From sequence record AB897757.1: a stretch of DNA of 64,000 bases. One strand, written 5' to 3'. Of the stretch, positions 18,024-28,055 are shown one piece after another (the first letter of the stretch is position 1; each line of letters opens with the position of its first letter). The position numbers and the translations under genes are program-made. Under the pieces are notes generated by a model that searched no databases, was not told the origin of the DNA, and was given only the letters and a program-made list of their open reading frames with translations. Origin of the DNA: Klebsiella phage K64-1.

Positions 18024-21000
18024 TATATAACATTTAACAAGTTATTGAGTACCAAACCGTCAATTTTCAATGAATTAGCATACACACTTACATCAATTGG
18101 TTTGTAATAATTTTTATAAACACTAAAATTAAGTTCAACACCAAGATTGATACCAGTGAATGTATATGTTTCACCTTTAGCAAAATAGTGTTCAGCACTA
18201 TACATATCTGAACGAAGGATATTGTTATTATTTCGCACATGAACTTTTTCATATCCAAGTACGATAATATCATCATAACTAGTACTACCAGTAATGATAT
18301 TATCCTTAACACTATATGTACCAACTGAAACTGGCTCCACCACATAAGTGGTATTTTCATTCTCAACTTTAGTAACACTGGTTACTGTACAAGTTGTATC
18401 ACCGATATACACTTTATCTGTTAAATCATATGAGTAAGTCCATCTTACACCATCGAACACAGGTTTAATATCATCGACGTCATATTCATATACAGTAAAC
18501 TCTAAACTTTCTGGAGTTCCAATACGAACCAGTTCATCTAATGTACCAACACCGGTATTTGGCATGAAATATCCACTATCAACCACACCATCAGAAGTTT
18601 CAACTAACTCATTAGAGATTAGCCAAACATCCAAATCTAATGGATCTATTTCATCCGTGTAATCACCATTATTCAAAGAAATATCATAGAATACATCATA
18701 GTCCATAACATCAACTCTGTAATTTCTTATACTTTCATACAACAAATCACCATTGTTATTGAACTCATGGTCTGCAAAACTTCTAATACGAATAACATTT
18801 ATACTTGTTTTTGTATAAGGTTCACCAGTATTATTAGTGGTTAAATTATTAAACTCAAGTTTATTTCCATTTAAATCAACCAAAGAATAAACTCCGTTGT
18901 TAAGCTCAACTTCAAACATAATAGGTCGATCATTCTCTTTGATTTTATCAGTACTGAGAATAAGTTCATGAGTAAAGTTCTGGTATCTGTAATAATCATC
19001 ACCATCTGGGGTAAACACCATAACTTTATCACCACTATTGAGATTACTATTTTTCATCAAGAATTCAGTACTGCTTATAATACTATCAATAGTACTGATA
19101 TAATTATAAGAGTCTTTCTTAATTACTGTGCGGTTTACATAGTTTTGTACCAGACTATATGGAGGAATGCTCACAATAGCTTCTGTACGCTTGTATGGAT
19201 TGAGAACAACAAAACCCTCTATCTGGAATCGACTAAAGTCTTTAATCTGCTGTAGAGATGTAGAATCGTTACTATAACCATCTACTGTAAAACGCATTTG
19301 TGAAATAGCATTAGCACTTGGGTTCAACTCGGAAATATCAATGAAAACTGATTCAGTCAAATCACCTTCGTAGCTCAGTGCGACAGTTTTATATTGAGAT
19401 TCCAAACCTAAATTATCATAAGCATTCATATCATTATAATACTTCTGCCCCTTGATTCCCTCAAGTACAACCATGTAGTCACTGTACATTGGATTATTAT
19501 CATCCATTTCCAGATCATCCATATCAATCTCAACTGCTGTAACTACTGAACCATCAGTAATGAAAAGATCTTCCATATATTCATCAATGCTACGATCATC
19601 AGGAATACTAACATAACTACCGTTAATATTGAATCTAATATATTTTCTCGGGATCATTACAAATGCCTGAATATCCATTGATTTACGATTACTATTCAGA
19701 ATATCCTCTGCATATGCATAAGGATCATCACTGTCTTTATCAAACGTGTTACGAATAGCAGTTAGTACATGGATAGCATCTTTGTAATAACGACCCTGAG
19801 AATCAATATCATATTTGAAACAATAGATACCGTATTCAATTTCCATTACGCTTCTGATGGTTTCTTCATCAGCATCTGGTGTTTCTTCCAAAATAAGTTC
19901 TCTATAATGGGCGAATAAATCCTCACTAATTTCAAAATATCCCATGTTGAAGTCAGAACTTGAACTAAAACCAAAAGGTAATCTCGTATTCGGATTATCA
20001 TTGTAAATTTCACCACTCAGACCACAACCAATGGTATCATGGATTACATCTGAACTCATTGAACTATAAAGTTTTAATCTATTACTCAATGTATTATATT
20101 GTGAATACATTCTAACATCTTGTGTTAAGTTAGAAGTACTATACAATTCAGAAGTGATTCTGTCTAAATCAGAAGTGAAACTTTCAGTTCTTTCAGCATC
20201 ATCAACGTTCAATTTATACCATGCATTGATAGCATCAACTAAATCCAGACTTGTATCAAAATCAGAATATAGTTCAAACATATCAACAGAAATCTGAGTA
20301 TAAATTTCATCTACCTCAACAACTGGTAGTGTATACTTGAAACGCTGGATTTCATAGTACTGTACATTATCATCAGAATTACTTACATACTTAGCATTGT
20401 TCTCTTCCAGACTTGTAACATCATATAAATCACTATCAGGCTGGCATTGAACATTATCAAATTGCATTGAGATATCAATTTCCTGGAATTTTCTATCTGG
20501 GTAAACGAAGTCGTTTGGTATTGAACCAACTACCACCCATTGTCCAGTACTTTCATTATATTCAGCATATTCATGATCCCAAATATCAGATTGTGTTTTA
20601 ACCCAAATTGTACCGTTATATTCATAACCATTTGGATCTAAATCATTACAAACACCATAAACATAATCAGTGTCGGATGTTTTCTGTTCAATTTGAGAAC
20701 GAATTTTAGTCCTGTACGGTTTAACTTCATTGAAATATTCAATAATCTGATTAATCAATTCGTCATTAGTGTAATTTTGTTTAAGTGATTGTTCTAACCC
20801 AACAATATAAATGTATGAAGTTTTGAATACCCAATCAACCACACCCTGTTCAACGTGTACGTATTTAACCATGTCAAATACAATATTACTTTGAGCTAAA
20901 TCGAATGTATTTTTGATTAAATCTAATGCACTTCTTACATTAATTTCCTTGTTGCTTAAAGAACCATCACTGTTATAAACTTCATACCCATCATATAAAG

Positions 21001-23011
21001 ATGAATTAAGAGCGATTGTGCTGTTTTGACGCCCAATAGCATTCCAGAATACAGTATTACGTGATGATGTTTTCACATACATTGTCCATCCATCTGAATC
21101 AGTGATTCGAATAACATCACCAACTTGATAGTTTTTGGTATTAGCTATATCCAGGCTGGCTTCCTGAGTATAATCAGTATTTTCATCATACCCATCACTA
21201 TACCAGTCAGCATATTCCCAGTACTGGGTCATGTCAAGAGAAGTACCAAGTGATTCAACATAATCACTCTGTTTAATCATACTATGTTGTCCTTCACCTA
21301 GACCTTCCAGTGTGATTGTTGATGGATTAGCATCAATACTCTTTGTAGTCATGAATCTTATATAACCATTACTATCGTAGTGGACGAAATATACTGAAGT
21401 TGTATCTAGCGGGGATGGTAATACACCAGTACTACTCAAAATTACTGCATCGTTTTCATCGAATTTATCAAAATCAGTTGAGACAACAAATTCGTTATTG
21501 TATGCCAGAACCCTGAATGTAACTGAATTTTCATTCACCTCAGTAGTTTTAACATTGAAAACTTCACTCATTAATACCGTATCAGTTATGATATTTTGTG
21601 TTTTGTAATAATTATTTGCACTATCTACAAACGTTCTGCGAGCTTCAATCAAATCCATAAACCAGGTTTTAGATGAACCCAACCCTAATTCTACATCAGG
21701 ATAAACAATTTCATTTACTACACCACTCTTCGTGGTTTCGTGTCCTTTCAGAGAATTCCACAGAGAATTCCATATATCTGAATTGAAATTATAGCTATCT
21801 CCTTCTTTACATAGCTGATATTGTTCATGTTTAATAATATCAACACTATCTTCATGATAAGAAACTGTCAAAATGCTGGTATCATCAGTAATTTCATATT
21901 GCATATTACTAAGAATGAATGAATTCTCGTTAATTGGTGCAAACCAAGGAACGTCCAGTAAATGTGGATCTTTAATAATACGTGCAATATCAGTACATGA
22001 TTTACTTCTGGTGTTAATTGGTGGTACATAAATTGTATCTCTTACCCAGAAATAATAATACGTAACATATGAATCAGTTGTTTCATCATACTCAATGAAT
22101 GAAGTATAATTATCCATGATTGCAGTACCAGAAGGTATATACATAGTGTTATTTTTATTATTTTTAGTTTGTTCCTGACAGTATTTGTCCCAATTATATG
22201 GCTGTACTGGAGATTTAACCCACTCAAGAACATTAATATCACTATGTGGTAGCAATCTACCCCAGTTATAACGACGATATTCATTTGTAGCATCTTCATC
22301 AATGTCACCATTCTCATCCAGTACTGGGCGAGTGTAATCCAAATAAAATGCAGTACTGGTGTCCCACCATACTTGACCAACTTTCTCAGAACCCCATGCT
22401 TGAAGAGTTTCTCCATTGCTATTGTACTGAGCAGGGTCTACTGGAGAGATATAAGATACATCTTTCATTGCAGTCCCAGGTAAAACACCATTAATTGGGT
22501 CAAATATATTAAGATATAATTCAGTAATGTTTGTTTTTGAATTATAAGTAGATGGTCTATCAAATAAAGTACTATCTGGAACATCAAAACTGTATTTTTT
22601 ATCAATATATGCCTGACGTTCGGTTGTATCACTGAATCTGGATGTATATTTGTACAGTTTTGGTCTTGTATCTGGATCAGTGAAATTAATTGTGATACTT
22701 GTATCAAACGGAACAACAATTTTAGTTTTATCATCCCCTGCCGTGAAATATTGACTTTCTACTGTTAATGCATCTGGCATAAAATATGTATCATCAACAA
22801 AATAATAATAATCACCATCATCTAATGGAGCTTCGGCATCTAATTGAACAGTACAGTACTGTTCAGCATAAGTATCAGTATTTTCAATTGGAGTAATTGA
22901 TAACATAGATACACCAGTATCAACTAAATCAAAAATGTTCCATTCCTGATTCATATCAACGAACATCCACACTGAATCTGGATTTTCACCATTATTTTTA
23001 ATATAATTCAT
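18023..23011 (-). CDS. giant baseplate / tail-fibre structural protein (1662 aa; gp8-gp12-equivalent region by synteny)
   Basis: Lies on the late minus strand between the gp7-like giant and the terminator; open frame continues upstream to an in-frame TGA at 23108-23110. Confidence 0.45.
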   Translation of the reverse strand: MNYIKNNGENPDSVWMFVDMNQEWNIFDLVDTGVSMLSITPIENTDTYAEQYCTVQLDAEAPLDDGDYYYFVDDTYFMPDALTVESQYFTAGDDKTKIVVPFDTSITINFTDPDTRPKLYKYTSRFSDTTERQAYIDKKYSFDVPDSTLFDRPSTYNSKTNITELYLNIFDPINGVLPGTAMKDVSYISPVDPAQYNSNGETLQAWGSEKVGQVWWDTSTAFYLDYTRPVLDENGDIDEDATNEYRRYNWGRLLPHSDINVLEWVKSPVQPYNWDKYCQEQTKNNKNNTMYIPSGTAIMDNYTSFIEYDETTDSYVTYYYFWVRDTIYVPPINTRSKSCTDIARIIKDPHLLDVPWFAPINENSFILSNMQYEITDDTSILTVSYHEDSVDIIKHEQYQLCKEGDSYNFNSDIWNSLWNSLKGHETTKSGVVNEIVYPDVELGLGSSKTWFMDLIEARRTFVDSANNYYKTQNIITDTVLMSEVFNVKTTEVNENSVTFRVLAYNNEFVVSTDFDKFDENDAVILSSTGVLPSPLDTTSVYFVHYDSNGYIRFMTTKSIDANPSTITLEGLGEGQHSMIKQSDYVESLGTSLDMTQYWEYADWYSDGYDENTDYTQEASLDIANTKNYQVGDVIRITDSDGWTMYVKTSSRNTVFWNAIGRQNSTIALNSSLYDGYEVYNSDGSLSNKEINVRSALDLIKNTFDLAQSNIVFDMVKYVHVEQGVVDWVFKTSYIYIVGLEQSLKQNYTNDELINQIIEYFNEVKPYRTKIRSQIEQKTSDTDYVYGVCNDLDPNGYEYNGTIWVKTQSDIWDHEYAEYNESTGQWVVVGSIPNDFVYPDRKFQEIDISMQFDNVQCQPDSDLYDVTSLEENNAKYVSNSDDNVQYYEIQRFKYTLPVVEVDEIYTQISVDMFELYSDFDTSLDLVDAINAWYKLNVDDAERTESFTSDLDRITSELYSTSNLTQDVRMYSQYNTLSNRLKLYSSMSSDVIHDTIGCGLSGEIYNDNPNTRLPFGFSSSSDFNMGYFEISEDLFAHYRELILEETPDADEETIRSVMEIEYGIYCFKYDIDSQGRYYKDAIHVLTAIRNTFDKDSDDPYAYAEDILNSNRKSMDIQAFVMIPRKYIRFNINGSYVSIPDDRSIDEYMEDLFITDGSVVTAVEIDMDDLEMDDNNPMYSDYMVVLEGIKGQKYYNDMNAYDNLGLESQYKTVALSYEGDLTESVFIDISELNPSANAISQMRFTVDGYSNDSTSLQQIKDFSRFQIEGFVVLNPYKRTEAIVSIPPYSLVQNYVNRTVIKKDSYNYISTIDSIISSTEFLMKNSNLNSGDKVMVFTPDGDDYYRYQNFTHELILSTDKIKENDRPIMFEVELNNGVYSLVDLNGNKLEFNNLTTNNTGEPYTKTSINVIRIRSFADHEFNNNGDLLYESIRNYRVDVMDYDVFYDISLNNGDYTDEIDPLDLDVWLISNELVETSDGVVDSGYFMPNTGVGTLDELVRIGTPESLEFTVYEYDVDDIKPVFDGVRWTYSYDLTDKVYIGDTTCTVTSVTKVENENTTYVVEPVSVGTYSVKDNIITGSTSYDDIIVLGYEKVHVRNNNNILRSDMYSAEHYFAKGETYTFTGINLGVELNFSVYKNYYKPIDVSVYANSLKIDGLVLNNLLNVI

Positions 23012-23107
23012 GCGGTCTTCATATGAATCCTGATAAGTCCATGTAGTATAAGATACTTCATTTAAATTAACTGGGCCAATATCAGGTAAATGGATATTAT
23101 CACTCTT

Positions 23108-26100
23108 TCAGCGGAATTTACCTTTAGGACGAGTAATCCATCTGGAATCTTCACCTTGTGAACCATAATAAACTATTTCAGTACTACTTGTACTTGTATT
23201 AACATCTTTATTAAACGTAACCAGTTGTGGTTCTTGTTTAAAATCACTGTTAATTAATTGAAATTGTAAATTTTTCTTGGCATTAACGTTTCCATAAGTA
23301 CCAACTTTAAAAGCCCACTCTTGTAGTGCTTTATATTCATCAGTATTATATGATTTAGATACACGAAGAACGCGTTCCATTACCAAATTAGAGCCTTTAT
23401 CTCTAATAAAACCACGATAAAAATCAACACGGTTGGGATTATTAGTGATCATTTGCTGTAAGTAATCACGAGTTTGATATCCAATAACATGAGTACTTAG
23501 ATCATACAGTTGAACATCAGAAACAGGATCATTTGAATCATAATAATGTTGGAAATTAGTAACTAATGTTTCAAATGATGGTAATGTACCAGCTTCAAGA
23601 ATTATAAATCCGGGTGCTTGTAGGCGACCAACCCAGTTATCAGTGATATAACCGTACATTTTCACCAATTCCTGAATAGAACCGAATGTAGGTTGATAAA
23701 TGCTATCACCAAAAATAGTTTTATCATCAAATACCACTGCATGTTCCCATGAACATACACCTAAACGAACCAACGCCATGCGTTTATCGGCATCTTCATT
23801 AACTCTAACAGTGAAAACATTACCAATTCTTGATGTTTCAACTTCATATGGGTAGATACCACTGTTATCATCGTCCAACAGACTCCAGACACCACCATTT
23901 GTTTCACTAATACTTTGTACTGAGCCAAAATAAGTTCCGAATTTGGCATTTTTAGAGCTTGGTGTACATGAAATGTAATCACCAATGGTTAAATCTGTGG
24001 TACTCCATTGTAAAAAGTACTTAGCAATAGTAGACCAGTCCTGTTGTACCCCAGTGTCATCAACATCTTCAAAAATCCATCCATGTTCAACAAGATATTG
24101 ACCATATCCACACAGGAATGTATAAACATCCTGGAATGTGTTAAGAATAGATCCATATTCAAGCGTATCATCTTCTTTCCATTCCATATAATGAACAACA
24201 GTGCGATTTCCTTCAGTTACGGTTACTTTTTTACCATTTTTAACTGGTAATTTATAAGTAAACGTAGCATTAACCAAATCATAACCTTTAATAATATAAT
24301 TACTACCATTGAAAGTGATTTTAACTGCACTAAGAACTTCATTTTTGATATTATTAGAGCGTACCAGTCCGATTGTTTGGTTTTCTTGTGAAATTAAACC
24401 AAACGATTCAGATGTAAATGTTAATTCATTGCTCTTTGTAAATCCACCAAGCTTGTGTGCAATACTGATGTATGAAGTTCTAACTAAATCACCATATTTT
24501 GAAGTAATATTCTTACTTTGATAGGTTAAGTAGTTACTAACAGCCATTTGATAACCAAGAACACGAGTATTATTTTCACCATGAACCACCGTATCTGAAT
24601 TAAAATTCAGTCGAGTTCTGGTTTCTTTGTACTGCAATTGTAAACCACCATTTTTTACAGTTTTTAGTGTATCATTTAGTGTATCCCAGAAATAATTACA
24701 GAATTGTGCTGGTTTTGCACGATATATCTGCATCATTACATCATAACTAAACATTGCGTTATTCATATAGGTGAATTCGTTGTCACCCATATCACCATAA
24801 GACCATGGTGCACTGCGTTCTTTGATCGTACCTTTTACTAAACCAAGAACGTCAGGTTGAATATAATCAACGGTACAAATTTCTTTACCATTAGTTGAAT
24901 ATTCACCTGTTTTAGTAATTACAAATGGTTGAGTACCAAAACGCTTGTACTTATCATGCTGTCCCTTACGATCTCCATATAAAATGGTACCAGTACTGGC
25001 ATCACCTTTAACACCATTAACATCCCAAAGACCACTTGGTACTAATTCACCACTTTCATTAACAACCAATGCTTCATATACATATAAAATGTCATCTTCA
25101 TTTGTGCCTACCTGAACTTCAGTTGGTTCATATTCCTGATTCCACCAGGTTGGACGAACACCAAAGCCAAACATTTCCCATGGATGAGTTGCAGGGCGAT
25201 AAGTCCCGAACTGATCAGTATATATGGCACGCCAAGAACCACGTGCAGGAAAATCGGTAATTACACCATTAACTGTATAATAGGTACCACTATAATTCCA
25301 CGTCATCCAGTTTTGTTGGTCATAATTATGAGTAGTACTGTCAATTCCGTTGGTTGCAATGAAGTTAATATACCCACGTAGTAATAATTCATCACGTTCT
25401 TCTGCACTATACTCAGTATCCCTGTAATATGGTGTTGGAAACAGATCTGAACTATCAAGTTCAGGTTGATAATCTTCATCTTTGAAAGTATTATCAATAC
25501 TGTTATAAATTCTATTCTCAAGTTCATAGATAACATCATCCATTTTATCTACACCGTTAATAACACGATAAGATTTGGTAATTTCACCAGTATGACGAAT
25601 ATTATACGGTACTTGTTTGGATGCAGCAGTCAGGTATACAGTTTTTTCTGGCTTATGTACTTTAAGAACACCCATAAATTGTGGTGTAGGTGGAATAAAA
25701 GTACGAATTGTAGTTGTAGTACTCCCTACGCCATCGTAATAGAACGCAAAAGTAGAATCTTTACCAACATTAATGTTACTCAAAATAGTATCACAAATAT
25801 CACTACTTGAAGTGCTTAAAAATTTACTTGGGTCTTCTTTATACATATTAAGCATGTAGTTTTCAAATCTGTTATTAAAACGAAGATATTCACCTTGTAA
25901 AAACATTAATGCTTCAAAAAGATCAATATCACTATTAGCAGTATGTGCCATTAGTGGAAGTAGTGATCCTTCGTTTTGAATAATTTTAGTACCAACAGCA
26001 TTATCAACTAACCCTTGTTCAAGACGTTCTTCATAATCATTGATATTATCCACGGCACCAGATGTGATATTTTTTTGTACAATTTCCTGAAAATGTAAAG

Positions 26101-27988
26101 TATAATTACTTTGATCAATATAAGAAATATTATCACTATATGGGTTATTTTGTAAATTTACTGGAATTTCATAACTACCAAGATCGGTATCTGGTACTTC
26201 AGTACTACTATAAGTTCTGATTTGAATCACACTTTCAGAGTCCAAATCAACAGAGTCACCAATGGTGATGCTTTGTACTTTACCATTAGACACATTTCTT
26301 GTATAATCTTCAACTACAACACCATTGACCTGAATTTCAATGATATCTGAACTTCCATCAATGACTTTTTGTGCCAGTTCATAACTGCGGTTATACAATT
26401 CACTCTGAATACCTTCAGTGTTTACCATATGCCAGTCATAATAAGTTTCAGATTCTTCTTTGTAGTATTGATAGGTTGCATTGGTTTCAATAACATATGC
26501 ATACATACCATCAATGGCTTGACTGGAAAAGCTTTCCATTTCATATACAGTACTGAACACTCTGTACATATCAGTGCGTTCAACTTGAGGTGTTTGTTTT
26601 ACAAATTGTTTAGAAAATTCAGTACTACGAACCCAGTCAGTTTTTAATACACTATCTTCATCACCAATGATATTGTAATAATAAAATCCAGGGATTTCTT
26701 TAGTTTCACCAGAACTGATGTATTCATAACGAGTACTTTCAATAAAATTTTCGTATATATAATAATTATAATCACCCAATTCTACATTATATCCATAATA
26801 ACTATCAACTTTGTAGTTGTAGTTAATTTTTAGTCCAAACAGAGAAGAACCACTGAAGGTACTTGACGGATATACAGTACTATCTTGTAATTTTACACCA
26901 TTTCGATCATATAACTGGAAAAGAGGGAATGCATTTGTTCCATTCTTTTTCTGAGTTGCAATCCAGTTATGCCCATTCCAGTACATAGTGGTATTTCCAT
27001 AAACTTTACCACTTTTAATTAATACAACATCACCATCAAGTGGTTCACCACTTACACGTTCTGGTGTTTCTTCATCTGGGTCTAATGCTAAACCATAAAC
27101 GCGAGTACCATCCTGCATTTGGTTGATGTATACTTTATAAATTCTGTTATTTTCACCACTGTTACCAATGCTGGTAAAAAGAATACGCATTCCGTCTAAT
27201 GGGATTTGTCCATCAATACGAATACCCTGATTAATATCTTTTTGTACGATATCTTCTGGTTTTAATGAATCACTTAGTAGATCCACCACACCACGGAACT
27301 GTGTACCAAAATTGATTAGTTCGATATCTTTGTTATATTCAATAATTGGTACTTGTGCACGTACAAAACGATTATCATATGATAATTCATCATTCAGTAC
27401 TGAACCATCTGGTAAAGTATCACCAATGGTATACCAGAAGTTTTGTAATGACCATAAGTTTCCGTTTTTAGCATTACGTTGCATTACAACATAATCAGGA
27501 CTAGCGATACCATATTCATTTTCAGTATCCCAAAGATATGAACTAAAATTAATCATTTTATTTGGATTAATTGGTGGAGTCCATGAATAAATTCTTGAAT
27601 TAAACAGTCGGCTTTGATTATCAGTAATTGCACCATAATGATTCATATAAGAAACCAGATCATCATAGAATTCAATACTACGAATACTTTGATCTACATT
27701 ACGGGAGACATAAGCTGGAGATAACTGATATGCTTGGCGTGGTTGTGTTGATTCATTAACGAAAATCTTACCACTCGCTGCTGGAGAACCCATATCACCA
27801 AGATACCCATCAACGATTTTTTGTTCAGTGGGATTAAAGAATTGTTGAATAACATCATCACATACCTTTTGGATATCTTCCAAGCCTTGCATCCATTCTG
27901 GTAATCTCTTAATGAACAACTTTTGTTGTACTGCTTCAGCCGTTTTTGTTGGTTGAAACTTAAAATCATTAGCCATGTTTAGCTCCAT
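23108..27988 (-). CDS. giant baseplate wedge protein (1626 aa; gp7-like by position)
   Basis: Follows the gp6-like gene on the late strand; ends with TGA at 23108-23110; probable true start MANDFKF at 27976 (ggag RBS). Confidence 0.45.
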   Translation of the reverse strand: MELNMANDFKFQPTKTAEAVQQKLFIKRLPEWMQGLEDIQKVCDDVIQQFFNPTEQKIVDGYLGDMGSPAASGKIFVNESTQPRQAYQLSPAYVSRNVDQSIRSIEFYDDLVSYMNHYGAITDNQSRLFNSRIYSWTPPINPNKMINFSSYLWDTENEYGIASPDYVVMQRNAKNGNLWSLQNFWYTIGDTLPDGSVLNDELSYDNRFVRAQVPIIEYNKDIELINFGTQFRGVVDLLSDSLKPEDIVQKDINQGIRIDGQIPLDGMRILFTSIGNSGENNRIYKVYINQMQDGTRVYGLALDPDEETPERVSGEPLDGDVVLIKSGKVYGNTTMYWNGHNWIATQKKNGTNAFPLFQLYDRNGVKLQDSTVYPSSTFSGSSLFGLKINYNYKVDSYYGYNVELGDYNYYIYENFIESTRYEYISSGETKEIPGFYYYNIIGDEDSVLKTDWVRSTEFSKQFVKQTPQVERTDMYRVFSTVYEMESFSSQAIDGMYAYVIETNATYQYYKEESETYYDWHMVNTEGIQSELYNRSYELAQKVIDGSSDIIEIQVNGVVVEDYTRNVSNGKVQSITIGDSVDLDSESVIQIRTYSSTEVPDTDLGSYEIPVNLQNNPYSDNISYIDQSNYTLHFQEIVQKNITSGAVDNINDYEERLEQGLVDNAVGTKIIQNEGSLLPLMAHTANSDIDLFEALMFLQGEYLRFNNRFENYMLNMYKEDPSKFLSTSSSDICDTILSNINVGKDSTFAFYYDGVGSTTTTIRTFIPPTPQFMGVLKVHKPEKTVYLTAASKQVPYNIRHTGEITKSYRVINGVDKMDDVIYELENRIYNSIDNTFKDEDYQPELDSSDLFPTPYYRDTEYSAEERDELLLRGYINFIATNGIDSTTHNYDQQNWMTWNYSGTYYTVNGVITDFPARGSWRAIYTDQFGTYRPATHPWEMFGFGVRPTWWNQEYEPTEVQVGTNEDDILYVYEALVVNESGELVPSGLWDVNGVKGDASTGTILYGDRKGQHDKYKRFGTQPFVITKTGEYSTNGKEICTVDYIQPDVLGLVKGTIKERSAPWSYGDMGDNEFTYMNNAMFSYDVMMQIYRAKPAQFCNYFWDTLNDTLKTVKNGGLQLQYKETRTRLNFNSDTVVHGENNTRVLGYQMAVSNYLTYQSKNITSKYGDLVRTSYISIAHKLGGFTKSNELTFTSESFGLISQENQTIGLVRSNNIKNEVLSAVKITFNGSNYIIKGYDLVNATFTYKLPVKNGKKVTVTEGNRTVVHYMEWKEDDTLEYGSILNTFQDVYTFLCGYGQYLVEHGWIFEDVDDTGVQQDWSTIAKYFLQWSTTDLTIGDYISCTPSSKNAKFGTYFGSVQSISETNGGVWSLLDDDNSGIYPYEVETSRIGNVFTVRVNEDADKRMALVRLGVCSWEHAVVFDDKTIFGDSIYQPTFGSIQELVKMYGYITDNWVGRLQAPGFIILEAGTLPSFETLVTNFQHYYDSNDPVSDVQLYDLSTHVIGYQTRDYLQQMITNNPNRVDFYRGFIRDKGSNLVMERVLRVSKSYNTDEYKALQEWAFKVGTYGNVNAKKNLQFQLINSDFKQEPQLVTFNKDVNTSTSSTEIVYYGSQGEDSRWITRPKGKFR

Positions 27989-28017
27989 AAATTCTTTCTT
28001 ATATCATATGTTTTTAT

Positions 28018-28046
28018 TTATTACATAAAAAGGCGTCCACAGTGGA
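28018..28046. terminator. rho-independent terminator (bidirectional hairpin)
   Basis: ggcgtcca-cag-tggacgcc perfect stem with A/T runs on both sides. Confidence 0.65.
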
Positions 28047-28055
28047 CGCCTTAAA

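Noticed and set aside
18023-27988. Genome-wide TGA reassignment (code 4-like) as the explanation for the in-frame TGA
   Set aside because: Several other genes in the window terminate cleanly at TGA, for example 4877-5182, the ClpA N-segment and 55731-56957. A global recoding is therefore unlikely.
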